Below, in pieces: positions 53,701 to 62,598 of a stretch of DNA of 64,000 nt. The DNA is from Phoronis australis (Eukaryota > Animalia > Phoronida): assembly GCA_002633005.1 (NCBI GenBank), contig NMRA01000476.1:7340-71339 (forward strand), given 5' to 3'. Under the pieces are notes generated by a model. It was given only the letters and a program-made list of their open reading frames with translations, did no database searches and was not told the origin of the DNA. Within the stretch, counting starts at the first letter, position 1; each line of letters starts with the position of its first letter. The translations under genes were made by a program, and so were the position numbers.

Positions 53701-56700
53701 GGTTGATTTAATGTGTCCAGCATTATGTAGATTTCACCAACAAACTTTGACCATTTCCACGTGGGGCTGCTCGATGAGGTTTTGCAATCATAAATTCAGA
53801 AATAGAAAAGACAGTACTATATTTTAAATGAAAATACCAGTACATGTGTGTATTGGAATGATATACAACAATTAAGTATAAAATGTATAATAAGACCAAT
53901 ATATATTAATAATTTATTAATACATGTTATTATTGACTATTTGTCAGATCATGGACGTTGCCAACAAGCATGCCTCAGGCAGTAGTTCCTGTGACAGCGC
54001 CCCCAGTAGTTCATCATGCAACAAACGCTCACACAGTTCAACGTCAACGGAGGAGGACTCTAACCAATCCAGTGGGATTGTGGGAAGGGCCAGAGCCGTG
54101 GCAGACTATGTACCAGATGACCACGAAAAAGATCGTCTAACTTTGAAGGTAAGACGAATGAATCATAAGTTGTTAATTGATTCAACTGAAAAGGTAAAAT
54201 GCAAATAATGATGACAGCATTTTAGGAACTCGTTCCTTCATACAAAAAATGTTTCACTTAATATACTTCTTTACTATTATGTTTGTAGAGGGGTGATGTC
54301 ATCAGTGTGATAGAGAAAAATCCTTCCGGATTGTGGACAGGGGCACTGAATGGCCACACGGGCAAGTTCAAACTAGTCGATGTGGAGATAATCTCAGATG
54401 GCTCACCAAGGCTATCACGGAAGAATCTCAAGCACTCATCAAAGAAACGATTCTCCAAACGCAGTAAACCGCGAACACTCGAAGAACTCCTTAAAAGACT
54501 GGGACTGGAGGTTGGTATATGCTCAGAGAACTTCTATAAAATTAGTTTCACTTTGTAACCTGAAATTTAAAATGGATTAACAAAAGACAATTACACAAAC
54601 TTGATCTTCGATTTTACAGTGCTCTGATGAAACTGTGCAGAGATCAATCGTTAGTATTGTTGTGTTGTATTTAACCTCTTGCTGACGTGTCTTTTAACGG
54701 TTTCTCTTCAGTCACTGACGCAAGTTTTCGTCCAGAATGGTTACACCAACCTTGAGGCATTCAGTGAGTTAGAGAACAATGACCTAGATGACCTGCGTAT
54801 TACTAACCCTGAGCAGCGAGCCAAGCTGTTGACTGCTGCTGATCTTGTCAATGATCTGGATTATGACAGTAAGTTGGAGATTTGTTTAATAAGTGCTGAT
54901 GCTCTGAGCGGTTTCTTTCATTTTGTATGTACAAGGTTAGGACATGAGCTTCCCAGGGATAATACAGTAACTGATCAGGTCTCATTGTCAGTATTTGATA
55001 TGGAAGGTGTTTGATCTCCGTGTGGACAACTAAATTAGTAAATACAGTAAATACTGTTACTATTGAAAATTTTGGACAGTCTCTTCACTTTGCTACAGTG
55101 AAAGCAGATGTTATTTACAAAATTCAATGTGATCTCAAGACTCTGATGCTAATTAAATTTTGCTGTCTTTAGACCTCGAGTGTGCCTAACTGTAGAGGAA
55201 AGTGTGATTGCATGCAATGAAAAAGTGCGTCTGAAAATTAGCAAGGCATTCTAAGGCATATAAAGTAGTTTTTGTTTACATTCTTTTCTGTATGTTTCCA
55301 GCTCCTGATTCTCCAGAGATCACTCCCAGGAACCAGCTGTTGGATGTTACTAGGTCGCACGTAACTTCATGTGACTCACCACGCCGCGACTCTGGCTGTT
55401 ACGCCAGCAGTGAGAACCTAAAGGAGCGATCGCCACCTAGCACAGTGGGAAAGTCGAGCTCTAAGTGTAGCAGTGCTTCTGAAGAGGTCGCTGCTATCAA
55501 CGGCTGTGGCAACATTCCTCCCAGTGATGTAGATACAGAAGTGCAAGACACCTGCACACAAACTGGAAACACTTTAGAGAAACTTGATGAAAATAAAGAA
55601 AACCAACTGACCCCTCCTCTCAAACCCAAAATAAAGCCCAAGCCTAGTAGAGCAGTTTCCATGACGACCAGTGCCACAGTAACCTCACCCACAGTTGACA
55701 ACTTCACCTCTGTGGTGTCCCCTAGTCGAAGTGCTAAAGAGTATCCACCTGTTCCACGTAAAGCGAAGCCTCAGGCCCCCGCCAGGAGTGTGTCACTCAA
55801 ATCTCAGGTCAACATCGTCACGTCACAGGCATCATCATCATCATCGTCAACCCCATCAGGCTCACCGTGTCACGTTCCAAAAATGCATCATTCAGCTTTG
55901 TCTTCGCCAATTCACGCTAGCAACAACAGTCAGTCACTTCACGTGACCAAAGGCCATCCCGTGGTGCTGCAGAGTTTTGCCAACTTAGCTACGCCTCCCA
56001 TGTCGCCTCAGGGTCGGCAGCGCTCCAAGCCACCCGTCTCTCCCAAGGGGGCTGCTGGTCATATAGCATCTCAGAGGCAAGCATCTCGTCCTAGTGGAAC
56101 GTCCATTGAGAACCTTGTCATCACCAAACTCCAGCAGGAAATGATTCAATTGACTGAAGAGCCTTACACAGATATGGTAAGTTTTTTGCACTCACTTTCA
56201 CTTGTTTGTGTGAACTGTCTTTGAGTAATTCTTATAAAGTTACATTTGCTGAAGTCATGTAAGTACAATCTTTATATGCCAACTATCACTGATGTTAAAG
56301 CTCAGCTTTCTCACCAGTTTATGTCTGGGTGATTTGAAAATTAAATTAGATTTAGTTGGCTGTAGTACGTTGTAGAAAGACTTCTCCTATCATCATTAAC
56401 TGTCCTCCTCGGTTCTAACAAAAACCTTTACTTTCTTTCAGGCTGGTTTCTGTGGTATACCTCCAGCACTTGTACTTCGTTACGCTGAGGAACTCGGTCG
56501 ACAAGACATCCGCAGTATGGCCAATGCGATGGAGAATGTTCGCTGTTTACAACTCAAGTCCTTGGGGCTGATTGCAGTGAGTTTAGATGATTATTATAGT
56601 GTGCTGGTTAACAGATGAAAAGGATTTGGAAAGTACTGTTCACCTATGGAAATCTGTTCCAGTAGATTTGGAAAAAATGTTTGACTCAGATCTGTTTAAA

Positions 56701-57132
56701 TGGTTTAAATGTTTTGAGATAATTTCCTGACAATTATTAGCTCCTGACTAAATTATAGATCAATGTGTAGGCCAATTGTGCTGAGTGTGTTGGTCACTGA
56801 TGGTCATCCTCTGTCCACAGGTTCCTAATGACCAGTTGGGTGAGAGCTGCATCAACCCCATCTATGACAATGTTTATTCGTCCATGGAAGACTTCCTCAT
56901 CGTGAATGGTTTACCCATGTACATAAATGCGTTTCACACGGCGGGTTACGTGACACTTGAACTAATCAAGGACATGCAAGAGACGCAGCTGAAAAAATGC
57001 TGTGTCAAAGATGGCCGACACGTGCGTCGCTTAATTGCAGCCATTGACGCGCTACGCTATTTCATGGCATCCAAGGAACTTCCATGTCCTCATCATTGGA
57101 AAGGAAAAATCGACGTCATGGACAAAGTGTAG
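23325..57132 (+). CDS. SASH1: SAM and SH3 domain-containing scaffold protein (SASH1 family with SAMD5-like N-terminus; SAM-SH3-SAM-SAM), 19 predicted coding exons, 4107 nt, ~1368 aa
   Basis: join(23325..23759,33564..33698,33949..34047,35669..35740,36380..36406,36541..36590,44993..45039,48997..49196,49760..49831,50090..50144,51246..52081,52293..52364,53244..53348,53948..54148,54289..54510,54712..54868,55302..56176,56442..56576,56821..57132). All junctions are GT-AG, phases are compatible and there are no internal stops. Recognisable SASH1 blocks: EITMPEEERIELMLMVKEG, SH3 GRARAVADY...W.G.LN, SAM, RDSGCY, LTEEPY...CGIPPALVLRYAEEL, C-terminal SAM GLPMY. The small exons 3-7 are less certain. Confidence 0.85.
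26276..26394 (+). repeat. Local tandem duplication (~70-bp unit, second copy internally deleted)
   Basis: tacagttttgttccattctgtgtcatggtg and atactttttgcccaaat each occur twice. Confidence 0.85.
33564..33698 (+). CDS. SASH1: Exon 2 (135 nt), SASH1 N-terminal conserved helix block
   Basis: aacag acceptor, gtgagt donor. Encodes NGQTCSATMQPLALRYAEDFNTHWKDVMERMDDIKRKKLMCSADS. Confidence 0.88.
33949..34047 (+). CDS. SASH1: Exon 3 (99 nt, phase 0-0)
   Basis: ttttag acceptor, gtaagt donor. Encodes PKNTSSPSWDVHNQCTAQSSPRGVAPPLPSSPP. Confidence 0.75.
35669..35740 (+). CDS. SASH1: Exon 4 (72 nt, phase 0-0, possible cassette)
   Basis: Pyrimidine tract + cgtag acceptor, gtaagt donor. Encodes HLSYSWIYNDGYDSLEDEVLIVHA. 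Confidence 0.6.
36380..36406 (+). CDS. SASH1: Exon 5, 27-nt micro-exon (CAGCAG tandem acceptor)
   Basis: tttttccag|cag acceptor, gtatgt donor. Encodes QWTHSGQDD. Confidence 0.5.
36541..36590 (+). CDS. SASH1: Exon 6 (50 nt, phase 0-2)
   Basis: tttatag acceptor, gtaagt donor. Encodes PSSSPRDYTMRTVCTPR. Confidence 0.7.
39351..39463 (+). repeat. Dispersed repeat fragment, partner of 10299-10418
   Basis: Shared gaacactg..accatcagcgactcaa.gaaaa...acacatt..tgt.acttgag. Confidence 0.6.
43050..43320 (+). repeat. Minisatellite, 10 x 27 bp (GGAGCCTGAACAGGGAT[T/C]CCTGTATAA)
   Basis: Read directly. Units 4-6 carry the C variant. Intronic. Confidence 0.97.
44993..45039 (+). CDS. SASH1: Exon 7 (47 nt, phase 2-1)
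   Basis: ttacag acceptor, gtaaga donor. Encodes SGHSSGGDSPCPDTT. Supplies the phase change needed between exons 6 and 8. Confidence 0.72.
46474..46503. repeat. Perfect 30-bp palindrome TCGCCAGGTCACTGGCCAGTGACCTGGCGA
   Basis: The sequence is its own reverse complement with no spacer. Confidence 0.95.
48997..49196 (+). CDS. SASH1: Exon 8 (missed by ORF track)
   Basis: ttatag acceptor, gtaagg donor. EHDGSRRGSGIGRFFRG...EITMPEEERIELMLMVKEGRISLEDAMSK matches the recalled SASH1 block EERIQLMMMVKE. Confidence 0.88.
49760..49831 (+). CDS. SASH1: Exon 9
   Basis: ttgcag acceptor, gtagga donor. Encodes LKNYEDAHRPQNEHKENKKDKSGK. Confidence 0.85.
50090..50144 (+). CDS. SASH1: Exon 10 (basic, NLS-like RRKRR)
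   Basis: tttttcaag acceptor, gtaagc donor. Encodes LSSRRKRRNGDKRTRSQS, phase 0-1. Confidence 0.8.
50861..51087. repeat. Small degenerate inverted-repeat element with CAC(C/A)AGGTGGCACT in each arm
   Basis: 50861-50902 resembles the reverse complement of 51044-51087. Confidence 0.5.
51246..52081 (+). CDS. SASH1: Exon 11, Ser/Pro-rich disordered region
   Basis: ccacag acceptor, gtgagt donor. Within ORF 51215..52132. Contains PPLPER and PPALPPR motifs. Confidence 0.88.
52293..52364 (+). CDS. SASH1: Exon 12
   Basis: cttgcag acceptor, gtgagt donor. Encodes WRSNSSCGEEVNSSDYEDQDEFDQ. Confidence 0.8.
53244..53348 (+). CDS. SASH1: Exon 13
   Basis: ttttcag acceptor, gtaagg donor. Encodes DLERSAIHRESFNDKLKNEVRKHFSQIPSLSMTKE. 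Confidence 0.85.
53948..54148 (+). CDS. SASH1: Exon 14, start of SH3 domain
   Basis: gtcag acceptor, gtaaga donor. Ends ...GRARAVADYVPDDHEKDRLTLK. Confidence 0.9.
54289..54510 (+). CDS. SASH1: Exon 15, rest of SH3 + start of SAM2
   Basis: ttgtag acceptor, gttggt donor. Encodes RGDVISVIEKNPSGLWTGALNGHTGKFKLVDVEII...PRTLEELLKRLGLE. Confidence 0.9.
54712..54868 (+). CDS. SASH1: Exon 16, SAM2
   Basis: cttcag acceptor, gtaagt donor. Encodes SLTQVFVQNGYTNLEAFSELENNDLDDLRITNPEQRAKLLTAADLVND. Confidence 0.92.
55302..56176 (+). CDS. SASH1: Exon 17, Ser/Pro-rich region + first half of second module copy
   Basis: ttccag acceptor, gtaagt donor. Contains SPRRDSGCYASSENL and ends IENLVITKLQQEMIQLTEEPYTDM. 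Confidence 0.9.
56442..56576 (+). CDS. SASH1: Exon 18 (135 nt; missed by ORF track)
   Basis: tttcag acceptor, gtgagt donor. Encodes AGFCGIPPALVLRYAEELGRQDIRSMANAMENVRCLQLKSLGLIA. Confidence 0.9.
56821..57132 (+). CDS. SASH1: Exon 19, C-terminal SAM domain and stop
   Basis: ccacag acceptor. Encodes ...SSMEDFLIVNGLPMYINAFHTAGYVTLELIKDMQETQLKKCCVKDGRHVRRLIAAI..., stop TAG. Confidence 0.9.
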   Translation, partial: VPNDQLGESCINPIYDNVYSSMEDFLIVNGLPMYINAFHTAGYVTLELIKDMQETQLKKCCVKDGRHVRRLIAAIDALRYFMASKELPCPHHWKGKIDVMDKV

Positions 57133-58389
57133 TTAACATATAGATTGTAATTTGTTCTTCTGCCAAGTCTGTTATTAAATATTACCAAAATACGCATTTT
57201 ATTTATAGGAATATATACTTCAAGTTTTTGAAGACCCATCTGTCACATTTTTGGTTTACATGAAGTGGGTCGCACATTTTAGTAAGTTATTCCATGTAAC
57301 GCTGAGTTTTTCTGATTCTTATAACTCCAAGATGCATTACTCAACAAAATTGTTACAAATTTTTGAGGCATACCTCTCGTGTTCTCAAGTCACTGGCTAT
57401 TTAAAAGCTTGCTCTCATATCGATTGTTTGACTGTTCTATCTGATCTTGAAATTTCTTTGTGCTGTAAAAAATATTTTCCACCAGCAACTCAAATTGATT
57501 TTGCTTTCGCTGAAAGTTTCCAGTTGAAGCACATTGCTGTTTTTTATGAATTATTTCCCATTTTCTTTTGCTGTACCATTGTGTGTTATTGCACCTATAC
57601 AATATATGAGTATTTGGTAGAGAATGTCTCTACATTCAGTGCTAAAAAAATCTAGTTTTTGTTCATTTTAGTCAATGTGTGGTGTGTATGTTTTAAGTGA
57701 ACACCGAGTTAACTTGGTTATCAGTAGATAAGCAAGTAGTTTTCATTGTGTACTTGCATTCTATTCTGTTACACTCTACATTTTGTAAGATAATTTTAAG
57801 TTATGTAATTATGATTTGGTTAAACGTTTTAAGAGGTTTTCTATAATTGATTGAGAAGCTGTATAAAGATTGAGAAATAATTAAAGTTATATTCGAATCA
57901 TATTTGTCATGTTGATGAGGACTTCGTTCTGTTTTCATCAACTGACGTAGTTTAGTTTGGGATCAATGTGCAATCGTGGATTTAGCTGGAGCCAAAACAC
58001 TGTTCAGCTCTTTGTCAGGACAAGGTGTCAAGGACTTTTAAGTCCTTAAAAGGTGGAATGGAGCTCAACTAGAGAAGATAGCGAGTGGTGTCAGTTAGGC
58101 CCTGTGTCAAAGTGTCTCAGGTCTCTGGAGACAATGAACACTGCATTAGTAACAACATAATAGTGACAACGCTGCTGCGCCACCTGAAACATTTGAAGGT
58201 GGAAGAATACAACTTAGTTGAGCAAGCGGACTATTTGTGAAATTGTAATTATTCAAAGTAATCATAAGACCACAAATTGTTGAATTGTCGCTTATTTTTG
58301 AGTTTATTGAGTTTCAAAGGTAATCGAAATCTGTAATTTTGTTAAATGCCACTGTTAACAGCTAATTGCTAATGACAGCGTTATTATGT

Positions 58390-58395
58390 AATAAA
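58390..58395 (+). terminator. Candidate polyadenylation signal of the SASH1-like gene
   Basis: AATAAA preceded by TGTA and followed ~20 nt later by U/GU-rich ttggcttctttttgtg. Confidence 0.45.
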
Positions 58396-58489
58396 CAATT
58401 GACATTTTAACATTGGCTTCTTTTTGTGAGTAAAGCAATGATATACCTCTTCGTTTTCACAGACTCTATTGCCAAGCATCATAACAGTA

Positions 58490-59505
58490 AACAAGAGCAA
58501 CGCGGAGTGTTGAAATGCACCCACGAATGCACCCACGAATGCACCGCAAACAGTGTGCTTTTAGATTTGTTCATTTGTATCATAAAAATGGCCACTAGAT
58601 AGCCCAAAACGTCCAATCCATCTGAAAACGGAACATGCCATCGCTTCTTTAGTATAAAGCCATTTACCAAATTTCATGAAAATCTGTCAAGGTACTTCAG
58701 AGAAACAAAAGAAAACAGAAAAAATGACATTTCAACTAGGGGGCACAGTGTCCGCCTCAAAATTGGAGAATAGCGTCATCTCACCAATAGATGACTACAT
58801 TCCAAATTTTACGAAAATACGTTGAGGAACTTTGAAGATACAGAGGTAAAAGTAAAAAACAAAAATTGCCACTAGGGGGCGCATCGGTGGTTCGATCCGT
58901 GCCAAAGTCGTTGTCATCTGTTGTCAACATCATATCAGTACACTGCTAAATTTAGTAAAGATCCTGCAAATGGTTTAGGCGATACACCCATGGGCACAAA
59001 AAAACAAAACTGTCACTAGGAGGTGCCACAGTAGTCAAAGTTGTCGAAAAATCATCGTCAGCCATCCTCTTCATAGCACGAACATACATGTCCATTTTCC
59101 CAATCATCCCTAGAGCAGTTTGGTTGATTACAGGATGGATGCCAAAACAGTAAAAAATGGCCATTAGGTGGCGCAAACTGCATCGAATCCATCGGAAAAC
59201 GAGAGGATAGCATCATCTCACTAATAGATGCTCATATTCCAAACTTTATGAAAATATGCTGAGGACTTCCGCAGACACAGAGGTAAGCGTAAAAAATTAA
59301 AATTGCCACTAGGAGACACACTGGTATTCGGAGAGGTCCGAAATTCGCCGTCATCCGTCATCAGCTTCATAGGAACACATCTGCCAAATCTCATCAAGAC
59401 CCTGTGAGGGGCTTAGGAGATACAGCTGCGCACGCTGGACGTCGCACGCCCAGACAGAGACGATGGCAACATACGACCACATATAAATATGTGGGTGCAT
59501 AAAAA
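58490..59505 (-). mobile_element. DINE-1/HINE-like non-autonomous Helentron with internal ~143-bp tandem array
   Basis: Minus strand starts TTTTTATGCACCCAC with an adjacent hairpin, followed by GTCT/GCGT-like simple sequence and six diverged repeats. It closes with the inverted subTIR GTGGGTGCAT, a short stem-loop CAACAC..GCGTTG and terminal TCTTGTT. Confidence 0.75.
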
Positions 59506-59974
59506 GTGACCTTCACCTTGTGCATTTATTTACAAGATTGCCACACAAATAAAAGTCAAGTTATAACGGATAGATTTCAGTGACAATCTGTTCTGTCTTA
59601 ACAGTGCTATAACACAAAATAAATCCTTGCTAACTGATATGAATTTGTGAGCTATGGCCAATTATGGCAATTCTCCACTTATTTTGCACAAAATAAGTTA
59701 CATATATTTTCCTAATAGTCAAGTATGCAAAAGGGACTGAGAAACCAAGCATCACTAATTGACTATGTGCGAACTGAAGAAATGCAACCTAATAGTTGCC
59801 AACATGATCCAATACCATACCTTGTTCTATTTCAATATGACCATACTTTACCCGATCATTGGTGAATACTCTATAAGAAAATGCCTCTGTGTCAAACAAC
59901 AGCTTGGTCACTGCTTGCACCTAATGTTCACAAAAGCATGAGATATCCCATAATGAATGGATGAATGATGTGTT

Positions 59975-60012
59975 CCCAACTGGGAATCAAACCACGGGTC
60001 TCTAGTGCTCTT
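59975..60012 (-). repeat. Truncated inverted copy of the tRNA-like sequence
   Basis: Minus strand agagcactagagacccgtggtttgattcccagttggg versus plus copy agaacactagactggcaatcgagagacctgtggttcgattagcagttggg. Confidence 0.6.
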
Positions 60013-60098
60013 TGTCGAAATCTCATGTGAAAAAGGCGAAATGCCACTCATGGTATGGATAACAATTGGCTGCAAACAGTAATTACACAGAAATTGGG

Positions 60099-60170
60099 CC
60101 CTCAATAGCTCAGTGGTAAGAACACTAGACTGGCAATCGAGAGACCTGTGGTTCGATTAGCAGTTGGGTT
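60099..60170 (+). pseudogene. tRNA-like sequence (tRNA-derived SINE head or pseudogene), apparent anticodon GGC
   Basis: A-box TAGCTCAGTGG and B-box GGTTCGATT at tRNA spacing. The anticodon, T and acceptor stems are mismatched. Confidence 0.65.
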
Positions 60171-61971
60171 TCCAGATTTTTCTGCGTTTATTAAATATTG
60201 AAGTGTATTAAAACAAAACAGATATTAATAATATTCGCATAATGTTTGTACTGTGAGCCTAAAGCTTTAACTTGCCAATATGCTTACAAATTTTCAGTTA
60301 CTTACAAGTTCCACAATGTACATAGATGAAATGGATTTGTTTTATGTACTCATTTACACCAACAACTTGTTATATATACTCTGACTGTTTCACATGGTCA
60401 TCATTATCTACTCTCATTGAATTATACATTCTGGTTACAAGTAAAAATTGTTTTTTGAAGTTTTTCTTTCATCACTCTACTTCAAACTATCCTACCCAAA
60501 GCCATGCATTAAATTAAAATTCCAGAAGTTGTATTTCAAATGACAAGCTTGTAAAACTAAGGAATGCAAATTAAGTTAATGTAAAAAATGATAACAATAA
60601 GACTTGGGCCCACAAAAGTCATCTCATACAAAACCCCAAGTTCATCATCTCATCAGTCGCGTCAGACCCATTGCACAATAACGACCCCGAGTCATTGTGT
60701 AACAAACAACATTTTCCAGCAGACAAAAAGTTAAGTTTTATCCATCTTCTCAATTATAGTACTATCAGTCAATGACTAAGTTGCAATCGAGTAAACTAGT
60801 AAATTCTGATACACCTCAGCCCCTGACATAAAACAGAGTCTTTTGTTAAAAGAAGTTAAATCAATTCACAAACATATTATTCTTCAAGTCAGCATAGCCT
60901 AACTCTACAAAAAATACCAATCTCTTTTCATAAATTGAAATCTCCAAGTTTCAATGAAGATTATGGCTAAACTCGCAAACCAAATCAGAAACAAATTGGC
61001 AGAAAATCGGGATGTAATCAACAAAAAGAAATCATTATAAAACCTCTGCAATTTCTATGTAAATAGACATTGTCAATATTTTGTAAAACTTCTTCATTGT
61101 CATTTGTAACAACGCAATATTCAAAATCTCCAAGCAACGTTTATCCCCATTGATACAAAACTTTGAACGAAAAGTAGGGAAGCCCTATCAGATTACCTTA
61201 AGTTTGAACTTCTACACTCAATATTAACAAGTGATATTTACAGCTTGGCCTCAACATCCCTACCAAGGTCGAGCACCGTGGTCAAGTGTAGTCTCAAATA
61301 AGGACGGCACAAAATTAGGGTGAAGATAAATGTGACCTTGACAGTCATTTAGCTGACTTTGAAATCAACTGTTAGAAACCACCTGTGTATCAAGTCTGAA
61401 AGTTCTACTGTCAGGCATTTTCTAGTAAATGCACCTAGAAGTAAAATGTAGCCTTAACCATTGTCCTCCTGAAGTCATCTGCAGCCTGGGATCAACTTTC
61501 GTACCAAGTCTGATAATCATAATAATGGCTACCGTCTGACCTGTACAATTTAAGCAACAAGCCTCCTTGTGAAGGGGTATACAACTAGATAATATGAACA
61601 CAATTGGACTGACCCTGCTAGCAAAATTCTCTTCACAATCTGGGATGTCAAATGCTCATCAATGGAGACATTTGAATTTAGGCATCCCACAATTCCAACA
61701 ACTCAGCTGAGAGCAACATTGATGCCCCCCCAACGATCAACACAACTGAACTAAAAGACTAAACATTGTTATTCTAGTCATGACATGAATTTTTCTAGAT
61801 GGACAAAGGTCAACACTTTAACATTTTATGTGAAATATTCACTCTCTCAGAAAATTTCCCTAACAATCCAAATGGCCTTCAATGAATTTTGTAATGACTA
61901 AGAGATTCAAATAAAAATTGTGCATTCCCTTCTAATGTCAGTTGTACAAGGCAAGTCCAAGATTAGCATGG

Positions 61972-62095
61972 TCAGTTCTTGTTACCTAAGTCCTCGCTTA
62001 ACTTTTTCAATTCTCTTTCTTTCATTTTCCGTCGATCACAAAATCCCAATCCTCCCTTGCCAAATGAGTTAGGGCCAGCTGCAGTTGGGGTGTAC
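61972..62095 (-). CDS. PCNP: PEST proteolytic signal-containing nuclear protein, last coding exon (rest of gene presumably beyond the window)
   Basis: Minus-strand ttctag acceptor, then (R)YTPTAAGPNSFGKGGLGFCDRRKMKERELKKLSEDLGNKN*. Matches the recalled PCNP C-terminus [22 protein letters not shown]...WER. Confidence 0.88.
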
Positions 62096-62525
62096 CTAGA
62101 ACCACAAGCAGACAGCGGATTTATAATTTGTTTCACACACAGTTTTAGTCTCAAACCAACATTCAGAGGTTACTCAAGTGAGTTACAACCTGGAATAAAA
62201 TTGATTCAAAGAACTACGTTATCCCAGTGTTTTGGTGTAGTCTCCCCCATGTTTACAACATAAATGACAAAAACAAGTCTAGCAGGCAGCAAACAGCATG
62301 CAGAAGACCACAGAGCATGGGACATACCTTTGTTCTGATCAGTAGCATTTACATCGCTTTTGAATTAAAGTCAAATGGAAGCTTATGGTTTTTTTCACAA
62401 GGAATTTTGAGTAAAATGTATGACTAAGACCTGTTTTAAAATGCACTTCAAACAAATCATGTAGTAGAGAAACTCAGTGAACTTGCACGCTATCCTGTAG
62501 GTAACACGTATCCCATCGCATGACT

Positions 62526-62598
62526 GGTTAGGGGCTACAACACTTCCCATCGCTTTCTGTACACATTTCGTCCTGTGTATTTTAAACTGGAAGGTAGG
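62526..62598 (+). repeat. Dispersed repeat fragment, partner of 297-367
   Basis: Shared ggttag.ggctacaa.acttcc.atcgctttctgt....atttcgtcc. Confidence 0.7.

Noticed and set aside
51294-56191. Overlapping alternate-frame or antisense ORFs (51294..51809, 55399..55707, 55695..55946, 55985..56191)
   Set aside because: These are shadows of Ser/Pro-rich coding exons with low stop-codon frequency.
60099-60170. Functional tRNA-Ala(GGC) gene
   Set aside because: The acceptor, anticodon and T stems are mismatched, the anticodon is atypical for animals, and a related decayed inverted copy lies next to it.
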